A stretch of DNA of 64,000 nucleotides from Mobula hypostoma (Eukaryota): NCBI RefSeq assembly GCF_963921235.1, contig NC_086108.1, positions 26,412,001 through 26,476,000 of the forward strand. The letters run 5' to 3'. Below the pieces are notes generated by a model. That model was not told the origin of the DNA. It made no database searches and worked only from the letters and a program-made list of their open reading frames with translations. The position numbers and the translations under genes were made by a program. Below are positions 1 to 12,870 of this stretch, piece after piece. Numbering within the stretch: the stretch's first letter is position 1; the number at the start of each line of letters is the position of its first letter.

Positions 1-354
1 TAATACTCTCGCTGCTTGTGCGTGCCCGGAGGTGCTTTCGACAGTGTATGTTCGTATATATGTTAGAGGGTCTTGTACACAGGATAGTTTATACCCTTAA
101 TTCCGTGGGTGAACCTATGCACAACGCCAGCAGTTTTGGAGTTTATGGTTTATCATGCCAATAAGCCTTCCGTTCACGCCTCCCTCCCCCCGCCCCATTA
201 TTTCCCCAACGATTAATGCGTTTAGAAAGGGCGTTGACGTCTGTCTCCTCTCCCCCACCACCCCGGTGATGTTCCTGTTTTTAATTTCTGTTTTAATGGA
301 ACAGGTCTTGAGGGAGTGCGAGGAGAATGAAGAGGAGGAGTCCCAGATGGAAGG

Positions 355-587
355 ATGAACTGGCGGCTTGTTGATCTCGTCTCTTTGCTGTTCCTATGGG
401 ACCGGCTGGCTCTTACTCTCCATTGCTGGGCTCTCTTGGTGCTTTCCTCTCATCACCAACACCAACATGTCACCAGCCCCCTCGACTGGCTCCTCTCGGA
501 TAAGGGGCCCTTCCACCGGGCCCGGGATTATTCCAATTTCCTGGATAGATACCGGCAGGGATTTACTACCAGATACAAGATCTACAG
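355..587 (+). CDS. brinp3: First coding exon of a BRINP-family (BMP/retinoic acid-inducible neural-specific, FAM5) gene, best match BRINP3; signal peptide plus conserved N-terminus; exon spans 305-587, phase-2 end
   Basis: The translation MNWRLVDLVSLLFLWDRLALTLHCWALLV...QHVTSPLDWLLSDKGPFHRARDYSNFLDRYRQGFTTRYKIY(R) carries the BRINP signature DWLLSDKGPFH...RQGFTTRYKIYR. A T-rich tract and acceptor ACAG end at 304; the donor is AG|GTAAGA after 587. Family assignment is very secure; the paralogue is less so. Confidence 0.9.
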
Positions 588-889
588 GTAAGAGACAACA
601 AGAGCTGCCCCGGGAAGTTAGCGAACAGTGTGGAATCGCTTTCTTTTTTAACTCCTTTCGCGAAATGTGTTCATTTATTTAAAATCAGCATACGGGTATT
701 TAACGTGACTATTGTTCGTTTACTTTAATATTAAATAGTGTATGTTACTTTAACCGTCGGGTATGTGTTCCTTTAAGAGCCCGTGTGTCCGTGGGTGCTG
801 GTGTTACCAGGTTGCAGCGCTGTGTGCTCACATCTCCCCCTGATGAAGAGATCGGGTTTTGCAGCCCCTAGTCTGCCGAAGAGATGCTG

Positions 890-906
890 GTCTCTCTCTC
901 TCTCCG

Positions 907-951
<45 letters not shown>

Positions 952-952
952 A
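890..952. repeat. Compound (TC)n/(AC)n microsatellite
   Basis: Directly visible. Confidence 0.95.
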
Positions 953-1635
953 CCTCAATTCCGCCCCCCACACTACAGCGCCGCAAGCTAGAGAATCTTT
1001 CCTGTATATAGAGTCTGTTGTCACTGAAATTGGAACGGGGCAGTTAGCCCAGATGGAACGACCGTGCTTAAAAAGCAGCTGAGAAGTATTAATTTAGAAT
1101 TGCAAAACACAAATGTCCACAGTCAACAACATACTTCACTTAATCAACATCAGCATCATTCTTTCTGCGAGAATGTCTTTTACACGGATAGTTCTGAGTG
1201 AACTAATTGTCTCCCGTTGCGGAAAACAGTCATGGGTGTGATGGAGATCACCCGAAAATCCGTAGATATATTAGAGTTACGAATCTGAACACAGTACCAA
1301 TGTTAAACTAAGTTTCACTCTGCCATTTTCCTGAGTTACACGCCGGTCTGTAAGTGCCACATATCCGCTGCGGATTGGGTTGGATTCCAGAATACTTCCC
1401 AGGTGACTCATTATCTTAAACCTTCCACCGTCTCATTCAAATTATAATTGGCCATGTTCCTCGTATCCACCAAATTCTACCCACGATATATCCAATCCCG
1501 CTTGTTAGAGAAAGTTACCTCGCACTCCCAAATATCGGGGTATGATGTAGACTAACTGCTGTTCAGCTACATTGCACACAATGGATTTATGACGATACGC
1601 ACTCATTCCACTTACCGCACTACATTTTTATTTAA

Positions 1636-2053
1636 CCCTTACATACTGTTCGGGTCAAATTTGACCCGTTTTGACATTTGCAGCAGTAAAAACACCATAA
1701 ATGCCATTTTTTTAGCCGAAGCTTGATGACTTTTCCTAAAGTGACCCAAAATGTACAAAAATGAAAATATTTTAAAATTTTATACTTTTGTACAGGTGCT
1801 ACAAATTTTTGTACATTGAGGCTGTTCTGGGTCAAATTTGACCCGTATCTATTAAAATGGATTTTACATCTCTGAAACGTTAATTAAGGATTAATCACCC
1901 ATTTATTAATATCAGATAGGCTATTTATACATTCTAAATAGATCTGTGGTTCAAGATTTGATATAGACACTTGTTATGAGGGGATACTTGGGCCGGGTCA
2001 AAATTGACCCAGACCATACTGTGAAGGTATAGAATATGAGCTGTATGTAAGGG
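1636..2053. mobile_element. Non-autonomous piggyBac-type MITE, 418 bp
   Basis: TTAA on both sides (1632-1635, 2054-2057). Termini CCCTTACATAC...GTATGTAAGGG are inverted repeats. Three internal GGGTCAAA(T/A)TTGACCC palindromes. Confidence 0.88.
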
Positions 2054-3530
2054 TTAACGCAGTACTTAACTGATGTAAGTACCATGCCTTGCAACTAAAT
2101 ATCCTTAACAAATCATACCGCAAAATATCAAATATAAATTTTAGCAACAAATACTGACTTCATTATTTACCATTTCAGTACTTGAAATCGAATTACAGTA
2201 TGCGATTACTGCCAATTAATATGTGTATTCACATATTCCTCTTGGTAGCACTCATTGGAAACCAGATATTGTGCATAATGGTAACAACTTCAACGCCAAA
2301 TATCTTCCTTTCAAAGTTGGAACTGCATTTAATTTGTCTTCTGCCATTCCAGCCAAAATGTTAAGTGTTGGAATTCTAAATGTGATTCCTTAGTTAACTG
2401 GGTTTAAAAAAATCTTGGTGACTGCCTATTGTTTGCAAGTTTTCAGTGCTTGTATAAAATATGTGTTTTCCTCTTTTCAATAAAAAAAAGTAAAATATCA
2501 AAATACATGCAACATCCTTAACTTGAGTGGCAAATTGCAAACCTTTAAGTAGCACTAAGTTTGACAGGAGCATGGGTAATTTCTCACTAGTAGGAAGAAC
2601 AATTTGCAGATATGACAATAACATTGACAATTTTGCATCATACAGTGGTGAGACAAATCTTGAAATTTTCAACCACATATTCAATCCAAGGTATGCTAAT
2701 TAGATTCAAATCTGCTTAATTAATGTCAGGTGTTCATTATCTTTTTATAATACATAACTTACCTGAACGGCTCATAAGGTATGAATTTACATAAATTACT
2801 TTTAGAGGTGTATTTATCATTTTTTTTTTCATTTATTTATTCATTCATTGTTTGTTTATTCATTGCAAATTATTTTTCCATTATTTTACTTAAGAAGTCA
2901 TGATGCTACTTCTTGCTGCTTTTTTTTAAGCTTTGATAATGCAACCTCTTTCCAAGGGCAGAACTTAGGAACTTGTAACATGCTCTGGATCCAAAATTAT
3001 ATCTGAACAACTCAGCAACAACAGCCTCTATTCATACAGTGCCTGTTAAAGCAAAAAAAAAAAATCCTTGGGAGAAAGAAGGGGAAATAAAAATATTTAG
3101 AAGTATAGGCAAAGGTGAAGCTATTTGAAAAACAAAATGAGTAAAAACTTGGTCAAAGGATAATGGTTTTGAGTTAGGAGAAGCAAAAAGGTTGTGAATA
3201 TAATTCCAGAATGTGGGGCTTGACAATGAATGCCTGTCAATGTTGAAATGAGAGTTATGCATGGGTGAATAGCTAATTTATATGTAGGTCTTGTAAACTC
3301 ATCTAAACCCATCAACCAGGTTTGAGCTCATTGCTCCCTCCATCATTCACAGGTATCTATTATGCCATGTAAATTATTTTAACCCCTCGGTCAGTTTGTG
3401 GTGAGATCTTATCAATTTAAATTTGATGTAGAGTTTATTTTATGAGTACTATGTTCAGGGGGAATGCTGGGCTGCAGAGACTATTTTATAACAACTTAAA
3501 ACCATATGGAAATATGGAATGCAAAAGTAT

Positions 3531-3732
3531 TCAGAATCAGGTTTGGTATCACTGGTATGTGCCGTGAAATTTGTTGTCTTTGTGGCAGCAGTACAATGCA
3601 ATACTTAATAATAAAAAAACAGAATTACAGTAAGAGTGCATATATTAAATGGTTAAAATAAATAAGTAGTGCAAAAATAGAAATAAATAAGTAGTGAGGT
3701 AATGTTCATGGGTTCAGTGTTCATTCAGAAAT
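3531..3732 (-). mobile_element. 3' tail of a Rex1/Babar-type LINE
   Basis: TCAGAATCAGGTTT...CATGGGTTCA...TTCAGAAAT is the reverse complement of the (TCTGAT)n-tailed 3' ends at ~44630 and ~60570. Confidence 0.7.
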
Positions 3733-4147
3733 AGGTTTCAAGAGTATTCTTTCTGACAGGCATTTGTAGTTTGATCTATTGTACACTCTCTCTACATATA
3801 AACTTCCTAGGAAAAAATGTATACTGTCTCTTTGCTTACTCGTAATTCTATACTTTATCAGCCTGATATTTTATTGTGTTATTCAATTCTAAGTGGCTGA
3901 AACCTAGAGATACTGTACATCTCAAACATCTGAAAGGTATTGCAGCTGTTATGTTCTTGAGCACGGTGTCAGTACATTTTCTCTTACCCTGGAAATATGT
4001 TCTTTAAACAGCCATCTATCTAACATCTTTTTTAACGTATCCAATGAGGCACAGATGATCACTTCGGTTGGAAGTGTGCAAATTCTGTTTATTTACTTGC
4101 ATGTGAGTCCAAAGAACGCCGTGGATCTCTGATTGCATTTCTATTTA

Positions 4148-4553
4148 CAGTACTGTGCAAAAGTCTTGGGCACATAGAAAACAAATCTGTAAAGATGCTT
4201 TCAAAAATAATGAGACAAAAGGTTTCTAAATATCAAAAAATAGTATAAAGAGCAGTAAACAGTAAACAAACTAAATCAATTCAATATTTGGTGTGACCAC
4301 CCTTTGCCTTTTAAACTTCATCAGTTCTCTTAGGTGCAGTACACTGTCATGCAGTTCTCTAAGAAGATCGGCTGGTAGGTTGTTCCAAACATCTTGAAGA
4401 ACTTTGCACAGTTTTTGTGCAGACTTTGGCTGTCTCTCTTGCTTTGGTCTCTCCAGGTAATCCCAGACAGCCTTGGTGATGTTGAGATCAGGGCTCTGTG
4501 AAGGCCAGACCATCTGAAGCCATATAAAAATCTAAGATTTTTGCACAGTATTG
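4148..4553 (-). mobile_element. Tc1/mariner deletion derivative with C-terminal transposase remnant
   Basis: TA-flanked TIRs CAGTACTGTGCAAAAGTCTT...AAGATTTTTGCACAGTATTG. Minus-strand ORF 4271-4513 has WPSQSPDLNI..VWDYL, the Tc1 WPxxSPDLNPIE motif. Confidence 0.9.
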
Positions 4554-7500
4554 TATCTGTAGTTGAACTTCTATGAAGGACTTTAGTAAGTTCAACTGCA
4601 GTATATTAAAGTACTGTTTGAATGTACATAGTTGTTGTACCTGTACTCATGCATTCCAGAGTTTATGTCTAATTTAAGATTTAACACTTGAGCAAACAAT
4701 TAGTTACATCGGATGTTTTGACAAAGGAAACATTCAAAACAACCAGTGCTGTTTTCAAGAAAATGTCAAAGACTTCCCTTAACTCTATCAATTACAGAAA
4801 CTTTAAGACCATGCACATTCTTGCAGCTGCTGTTTTTGGTTTACTCATGTTTTTGGCACTTCCTCACCATCTAGACACCATTTTTATTTTGCAGATTCTA
4901 AATATATCTAATTTGTGTTTAGCCTTCGAACGATTCTCAAAATGTTAAATGCTGGGATTATCTTTCTTCCCCTTTTTTGAGCTCGATGAAAAATCAGTGC
5001 CCTTTTTCAAGATGGAACATCCCTGATGCTACAGATGTGACCAATGAGCTACTGATGGTGCAAAGAAGTAGGTTAGCATGCTGTTCTCTGATCCCAAGAA
5101 CTGAAATTCTTCTCTTAAAGGGACAAGGGAGCTGGATAGAGGAACTGAATTGTAAAAAGCAACCCATATGATATTGTCAGTAGCCTTAATTAGTTTAAAT
5201 AGTTCTATGGGTTTGATGTGAAATGAGATTTTGAAACTACACTTCATTCACATGCTATCTTTAATGGCCTCTGCTAACAAAGCAATAGCTGAGATGGGAA
5301 GGTGAAATATTTACCAAATGAAACTCATATTTCTATGGTTCAGAGAGATGCTTGAATTTGGAGTGTTAGATGCTAAGAAGGGATGTCATTCTACTTTAAT
5401 GCAAATTCATGTCAAAAGTATGAATATTTTAATTTCATAATGCTGTCCCATCTTAGATCGACTGAGTGAACTCCATGGCATCTCACTACACCTAAATGCT
5501 TCTTACCATTTACATTCATATGCCTCCTATGTGAATGTTTTTGATACTTGGATTATTTTATGTTTAATCATATCAGTATTTGCTGTTATATAGATTGTCC
5601 CACAGTTTAGTTGGATCATTAGTAGTTATCAATCTTATTTGCACTATTGCTGTTCAGAGTTTTTGGTATTCTATATCTCTTCTGTTTAATTTGTACGCTA
5701 AACCAAACAGCATGTGAATGAGAGGCACTATTTCCAATATAGATAAATTAAGTGCCAAGGCAAAAGCTGCTATTCTTATATCATCTGTTTTAAATTGTAA
5801 AATGAATAGCTCTTTCATTTATCATTAATTACATCAGATTTGTTTTAAAACATTGCATCCTAGTCATCATCAAATGCCTTTATAACACTCAAATGTCTCT
5901 TTGCAAATGGAATCATAATTTCAAAGATCTCTTAGCAGACAAATGGAACATCTCTGATTGCTTATAAAATTGTCCTGTCGACTCTTAACATTAAATGAGA
6001 ATTGATGGTTTTCATTTGGTAAATATTTCCCTCTATCAGTATTGGACTAACTGGTCTATATATTTTCCTGATTCCCATCTACTCTCTTTTGTGTTTTTGA
6101 ATACAGTAGTCTACCTCCTTTACGTAGATTCCCAAGATAAAAATCTTTGTTTTTTTTTCAGTTTCTACCCAAGTTCCATTACCACTTGCTATAGAAACCA
6201 TATTCCTTGATTTCCTTTATAATTGATACATTAGTAATATCTTGGTGTATTGCACATTTCCATTCCCATCTGATTAATCAAATTGGTCATGACCTCCATT
6301 AGTGAAGAATTTACTTATCACACTCTCATTATTCTTGGTTTTGCATGATTTTCAGCAACTCAATCCATAAATCCTTCATTCGATTGCTTGTTTACAGATG
6401 CAATAATTAGAACTTCCTCGCTGCCATCTGCTGTGTCACTTGCTGTTATCTCAGTACTTTTTTTGTTCGTTATCCTTTATTTCCTAAACAAATTGGTGGT
6501 GTGGGTGGACTTTCAGTTCACTCACTATGATTTCATCGCTTTTTAAACCATGTTCATTCTTTTTCTACCTTGCTCCAAGTTTCCTTTAAAATATATTTGG
6601 TTTTATTTTTGACTTCTGTTCTTATTAATCCTCCTGTTCATCTGCTCTAAGTTCCAAAATTGACACCTCTGAACTTCTGCACCTGCATTACTTTAAAAAA
6701 AAATCAAATTACACCAGTAAAATGATCACATGAAATCAAGCATCTGAGCAGTTCAGGAAATGCTATTTATTTTCATTTGCTCTTCTGTGTTTGCTTCTTG
6801 GCCTGAAAGTCTAACTTCTTCTGAATCCAACTCAAGTCTTCCATCCAACTGCTTCATGACCGATGCATCAGGCAATGCATTGTTCCCTAACATCGTATTT
6901 AACATGGGTGGCATCAAAACTTTCCCCACTCTGACTGGATGAGATAAGAAGAGAGAATTCTGGATGACTGGCTTTTAATTTATACTTAATAAATATTAAT
7001 ACTATTTAGTTTTTCATACATTCCCAATGTGACTCTCTCTTCATTTCTACCTGGAATACAAGTGGTGCTGATTCAATATACCCATTCAATGACCCATGAA
7101 CTATTTGTCCTTTCCTCTTCATGCTTACATATTCTTCCTTGTATCTTTGCTTCACTTGATCCCACCCCTTACCTCCCCCCCCACCCCCAGCCTTCTTGCT
7201 TTGCTTTTTTTTTCCTTAATGAAACAACTTGAGACATTGTGTGGTGGGTGTTAACAAATTGAGGTGTCTTTTTAATATGTTCCTTCCCCTCCCCCCCACA
7301 AAAAATAGAAAACACAAATAATAGCTTAGTCCTGATATTTCTAGCAAATATTCTATCGCTTTGGTTCATTTAATTATATTTTCTCCTATCTAGGCATGAA
7401 GAGCAATGTAGAGATTAAATCACATATTGTAGAATAAATCATTGTGAGGAGTGGAATGTGAGGTTTATTGCTCCAATGCAGTTTGTTTTGTATTTTTTAT

Positions 7501-9344
7501 TACTCTGAGGATTACAAAAATCACAGTTAATAATTCTAAATAGAATCCCTTCAATTTAATAACTTTGGGATCTTTCCTTAGTTCTCTAATTTAGATGACT
7601 GTGATATGTTGTTTAATAAGATATGAGGAAGAATTTTTAGTCTTAGGCTCTGTGCATAACTTTAAGAGTTTAGTAGCTTTGTATAGTAGCCAGAGGTTTA
7701 ATGACCTCCATTAAAAGAGAGCAATAATTTTTGTTCAAAGCTTTGAGATGATAACTTTTGTATTGGTTTGGGACTACTTCCATTCAGGGGCTTTGCCAGT
7801 CCTGCACAATATATGACTCAGTGAGGTCTCTGGTAATGTAATGAGCAGGATTTTATAGAATGCTTTATGGGGGACATTTCATGAGATCACTGAGATTTCT
7901 AATTTGCTAAGGAGATAGTAAACTTCTATTAAGCTGTGAAAGGAGCTATGTAACATCTCAACATGTGTTGTTTATGCAGCAATTTTTGCACTACATATGT
8001 AAGTGCTTGGAAATTGGATTGCAGCCAATTTTGGTGCATTGTGTTTAACCCTTTGGCCTAACTGGGCATCCCACATTAAAAAAAAACAAAATGCTTAATT
8101 AGCCAGAAGCCAGTTTAGAACCAAAATACTGATTTATACCCAGAAGATAGGACTTGATTGATTCTTCATGCAAACAACTGACTTTTATGCATCTTCTGCT
8201 GCTTTATCACCCAGCAAACAGAGGAGGATATCGTCTGTTCAGGGAATAATCTCTATAGCAGCTAGGTGGCGGGAGAACAAGCTGGCTGTCATGGAGATGA
8301 GAGATGTTGCAGGGCAGAGAGAGAGCAAGACAGCTTCCACATTCACTTAAAGGAACATGCTTATTCTGATTGATGAAATACGTTCTATGCTCCAAAGGGC
8401 CAGAAGACCCATTATGAGAAGAGCCTTATAGTGGCTGCACTTACCCCATCCAGCAGTGATATCTCCATCTAATAAAGGGACATTTAATGATCTCACAACT
8501 GTTAGTGCAATCTGTTAGTGCCACTGATTGCACTAACAGAGGGAAGATCCTTATAGACTAGCTTGAGTAGGCTTTTGTGTTGGGATCAAGGGATGAGATC
8601 TTGTATTGGAATGAGCTCTTCCAAAACATGCCTTCCACTGGATATAGATTGCTTCTCTGTCCTTGATAAATTCACCTGTATTCTTGGCTTGGAATGCACT
8701 GGAACTTTGGGTGTTCATAGAAGTTCGAAGAATTTGTGTGTGACATAGTTATCCCTGAATGCATTCTTTCCACGCTGCATCTGTTTTTGTTTTGTTTGAA
8801 TTCTTGGTTGGCACTGGAAAATTTAGTTTATAGATTCCATATGCAATCACCTCTCCAGCAGGGATTCCTATGTATCACAGGTAGCTTGTACCTGCCCCTA
8901 CACTGGTAGGGGAATTTGTCAAATCTCTGCGGGACATTTTATTTCTCACTACATGCTTTATCTTGCTGTTCCTGCCCCTGCTGCTGTCCAGGCTCTGCCT
9001 CCTGCCCCTCAAGTTCTGGGACTCTTTGCTGTGCCTCCAACAACATCTGTAAATTTGCACAGTGTGATAATAAAAAAGCATAGTGGGTTCCCCTGGACTG
9101 ATACAACTAAGAAAATCCCTTGGCGAGCAGGCCAACTGTGTTTTTCACAACATAGCCATAATAGATTTATGGAGAGATCTCGCACTGAGACATGTCCTTT
9201 GGCTAACCAAGTCCTTATCGACCATCAAACACCTCTTTGCACTAATCTTATATTAATCCATTTTTTAGTCCCCCCACATTCCCATCACCTGCCCTCCCCC
9301 CCTTTGCAACTTACAGCATTCTGCTAACCCACCAACCAGCACAG

Positions 9345-11240
9345 ATTAATCTGATTGGCAAAGTTTGATCCCTTTGGTGCTCAGAGATACCAACCATTAT
9401 ATGCAGGACACTGGCTTGGATGTCTGCCTGGTCAGCTTGACCCAAGGTAAGGACTTTGACAGGGTATCACACATGTATGCGATGGATGTACTCTTCAAAA
9501 TGGGCTTTTGGGGATGGAATCAGCAATTATATCCAGCTGTTTTATGCAGATATCCATAGTACCAAATCAATGGCTGGGAGACAGATATCTTCTCTATCAA
9601 CATTGGAGTCTGGTAGCATTGCCCTCTCTTGTTTGTGTGTGGCATAGAACTGTTTGCTGGATCCATCAGAAAGGACAAGAGCATAACAGAGGTGACATTG
9701 ACAGGTAGTGGATGCACCCTGGTTAAAACCACCTTGTACATTATTGATATTACTGTCTCCTGCTCAGATCCATGGTCAGTTTGCAGATTGATCATCATCT
9801 GCGACCAGTCTGACTTGGCATCTGGGGCCAAAATAGGAGTGAGGCCATGATCTTCAGCATCTGGTCCAACTGATCTATTGTCCCTTTCACTGTCATGTCT
9901 GATAACTTCTAGGTGCTGGGGATATGGTTCTGACAGGCTGAGTTATGCAACAAATGTTAGCTGGAGAGGATTGTGAAGATAAAAAGATAGGCCTGTGGAA
10001 ATGGGAAGAACTTGGTCATCAGGTGCAATATACACTTGGGGCTGTTGTACTTAGCACAGGTGTGGTCTGTTCCCCAATCTTCCACCTTGGTAGTCATCCA
10101 GGCCTCCCCCAGTTCATCAATGTGTCCAAGGTAGAGTGAGTCCCAGAGATCATGTTGTACAAGTTCCCAGAGTACAGGGCAAAATTGTGCCCAATGTTGC
10201 CCTCATTGTAATGATCACCTTTGTGTGTGGCTGTGCAATGATCCAAAGTATACTGGCATAATATGTCACTCTGTACAAAAGTTATATCTGCCTCTGCTCT
10301 TGCAGGAGACAGGTCTGGCTTTGTTACCGCGCAATGTCCCAATCAACTGACTATTGCTCCACTACTGTAGAAGGGTTCTTCCATTTAAGCACCATTGACC
10401 TCAGGTTCATCAGGCAAAGGTCAATGCAAAATGTATTGCAGACACTGTGGGACAGGGACTCTTCAGAGTCTGTGGATGGTTCTCTGAGCAAACTGTCCAA
10501 ATCATCTGGCAGAATGCCTCGTTGCAAGAACTCACCAACAAGCACCAAGATCTCACTTAATTGATGTGAGAGGGCCTCACATTCAGATCCTTCCTGGTCA
10601 GATAACATACCACCCCCAGTGTACATTGCCCTTGTGGCAGCTGTGGTGGGAAAGAGACAGTCTTCACCTCTTAGCAAACTGTAGGTTTGCTAAGAGGGTG
10701 TGGAGAAAAATACAAGGGCCTATGAACCAATTCATCCACAGCAATTTCATTCCAGAGGACTCTCTGATCTACATGCTGTTCCTGGGGGTGGAACTGTGGC
10801 ATGTGGGGTCACACTGAGACTGACAGCAAGTACTGCTGGATGGTCATCAACTTCGTGAAAGGCACACTTTGGTCTGCCCAAAACTTCTTCATCTTCCACA
10901 GGAGTGAGATGTCCTTAAAATAATTCTGCCGACTGGCACACTCAGGGCTGCGGGAGTACACACTGATGGATGCACTGAAACTTACTAATGCAAAAGGTTT
11001 ACTGGGGATGGGCCACAGTCTAGCTCCTGCCTCTACAGGACGTGGAAGGGCTGAGTCAGGTGACAAAGCCCCACAAACAACGAAATGTGTATCACCCCAG
11101 GGGGCCACGTAATGTTAATGGTGCAATGGTATTAAAAAGTAAGTTAATGCTACTGAATGTAAAGATGATGAAAGTAAAAGTTTTTGTATCTATTTCTTTT
11201 GTATTTTCTATATTCATTATGAATGAAGCTTACTTTAGCA
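9345..11240 (+). mobile_element. Decayed 5'-truncated L1/Tx1-clade LINE (RT, C-terminal Cys motif, 3' UTR)
   Basis: Peptides LRDTNHYMQD...CLVSLTQGKDFDRVSH (SLDxEKAFDRVxH) and LVKTTLYIIDITV...LASGAKI (YxDD region). Cys/His motif near 10620-10690. Many stops and frameshifts. Confidence 0.8.
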
Positions 11241-11526
11241 ATACAATTAATGCTTAATTTTGTGGTAGTGAGAACAACAGCAAGCAATCTTACCATTTAA
11301 CCAACAGAATATAAAGATGTAAGGTGGCCAGAAGTTACTTACACTGAATTGAGAAGTGTGCACTTCCACCCTTGAGGTGGGGATTTGACTTTTATTCCAA
11401 GATCCTGGTAAAGAACATTTATTGCCAAAACTTAATAGCTTGAACTAAACAGCGGTGGATTGGAAATGAGCCTTGAAAAGCATGAATGAACTATTTGTTT
11501 TAATTTTATAAGCTGTTGGATTTTAT

Positions 11527-12435
11527 GGTGGAATGCAGCAGGCCAGGCAGCATCTATAGGAAGAGGTACAGTCGACGTTTCGGGCCAAGACCCTTCATGA
11601 GGACTAACTGAAAGAATAGCCAGTAAGCTATTTGAAAGTGGGAGAGGGAGGGGGAGATCCGAAATGATAGGAGAAGACAGGAGGGGGAGGGATGGAGCCA
11701 AGAGCTGGACAGTTGATTGGCAAAAGGGATACAAGGCTGGAGAAGGGAGAGGATCATGGGACGGGAGGCCTAGGGAGAAAGAAAGGGGGAGGGGAGCACC
11801 AGAGGAAGATGGAGAGCAGGCAAGGAGTTATAGTGAGAGGGACAGAGAGAAAAAGAGAGAGAGAGAGAGAGAAGGGGGGGGGAATAAATAAATAAGGGAT
11901 GGAGTAAGAAGGGTAGGAGGGATATTAACGGAAGTTATGAACATTGACTTCCCTAACTTCCGTTAATGCCCCTCCTCCCCTTCTTACCCTATCCCTTATC
12001 TATTTATTTATTTATTTATTTATTTATTATTCTCCCTCTCCCCCCCCCTCTCTTTTTTCTCCCTCTGTCCCTCTCATTATAACTCCTTGCCTGCTCTCCA
12101 TCTTCCTCTGGTGCTCCCCTCCCCCTTTCTTTCTCCCTAGGCCTCCCATCCCATGATCCTCTCCCTTCTCCAGCCTTGTATCCCTTTTGCCAATCAACTG
12201 TCCAGCTCTTGGCTCCATCCCTCCCCCTCCTGGCTTCTCCTATCATTTCAGATTTCCCCCTTCCTCTCCCACTTTCAAATCTTTTACTGGCTCTTCTTCA
12301 GTTAGTCCTCACGAAAGGTCTCGGCCCGAAACGTCGACTGTACCTCTTCTTATAGATGCTGCCTGACCTGCTGCGTTCCACCAGCATTTTGTGTGTGTTG
12401 CTTGAATTTCCAGCATCTGTAGATTTCCTCGTGTT
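11527..12435. mobile_element. Inverted (fold-back) pair of Penelope-like terminal segments
   Basis: 11527-11936 is the reverse complement of ~11954-12380. The right arm starts with ATGAACATTGACTTC (MNIDF, the Penelope ORF end also seen near 35782). Flanked by the direct repeat TGTTGGATTTTATGGT. Confidence 0.85.
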
Positions 12436-12870
12436 GGATTTTATGGTCACTTCTCAGAATGGACTCACAGGTAAAAATTCACTTTGCAAATTTTAATGTT
12501 GGGATTTGTCCTACATGAAAATTAGATTATTGTACCCATCAGCTTAATGAGGGCATTTCCCTTCACTCCATGTGACTGATAAGGGACAGGAAGTGCGAAG
12601 ATATACAAGGAAAGCTTTAATTATCTGTACTTGCTTCACAAACAAAAATGTAATTTATCTTTGAACACTAAAACGACGATGCTGTTAATGACTATTGATG
12701 TGGCTGAAGTGTTTTTTTAAATTAAAATGTAGTTTTGTTTTGGAAGTTGTTCAAGTAGGAGAAAGTATATTCCAGAACCTAGATGAGGATGGCAACCAAG
12801 TTCAACTAGTATTGATAAGACCATAAGTAGTCTTATAAGACCAAGAGTCAGAGAATTCACTTCTTAAGAC

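Larger units (their letters stand above)
1..1620. promoter_or_regulatory. CpG-enriched zone around the first coding exon (edge of a probable unmethylated 5' region)
   Basis: CG dinucleotides are visibly frequent in 1-1620 and scarce in non-repeat DNA beyond ~2.3 kb (judged by eye, not counted). Confidence 0.5.

Noticed and set aside
155..358. 67-aa ORF upstream of BRINP, and overlapping ORF 368-682
   Set aside because: Both cross splice sites and resemble no known protein; they are shadows of the real exon.
10351..10677. 108-aa minus-strand ORF that looks protein-like
   Set aside because: It is antisense to the decayed Tx1 ORF2 and has no independent support.
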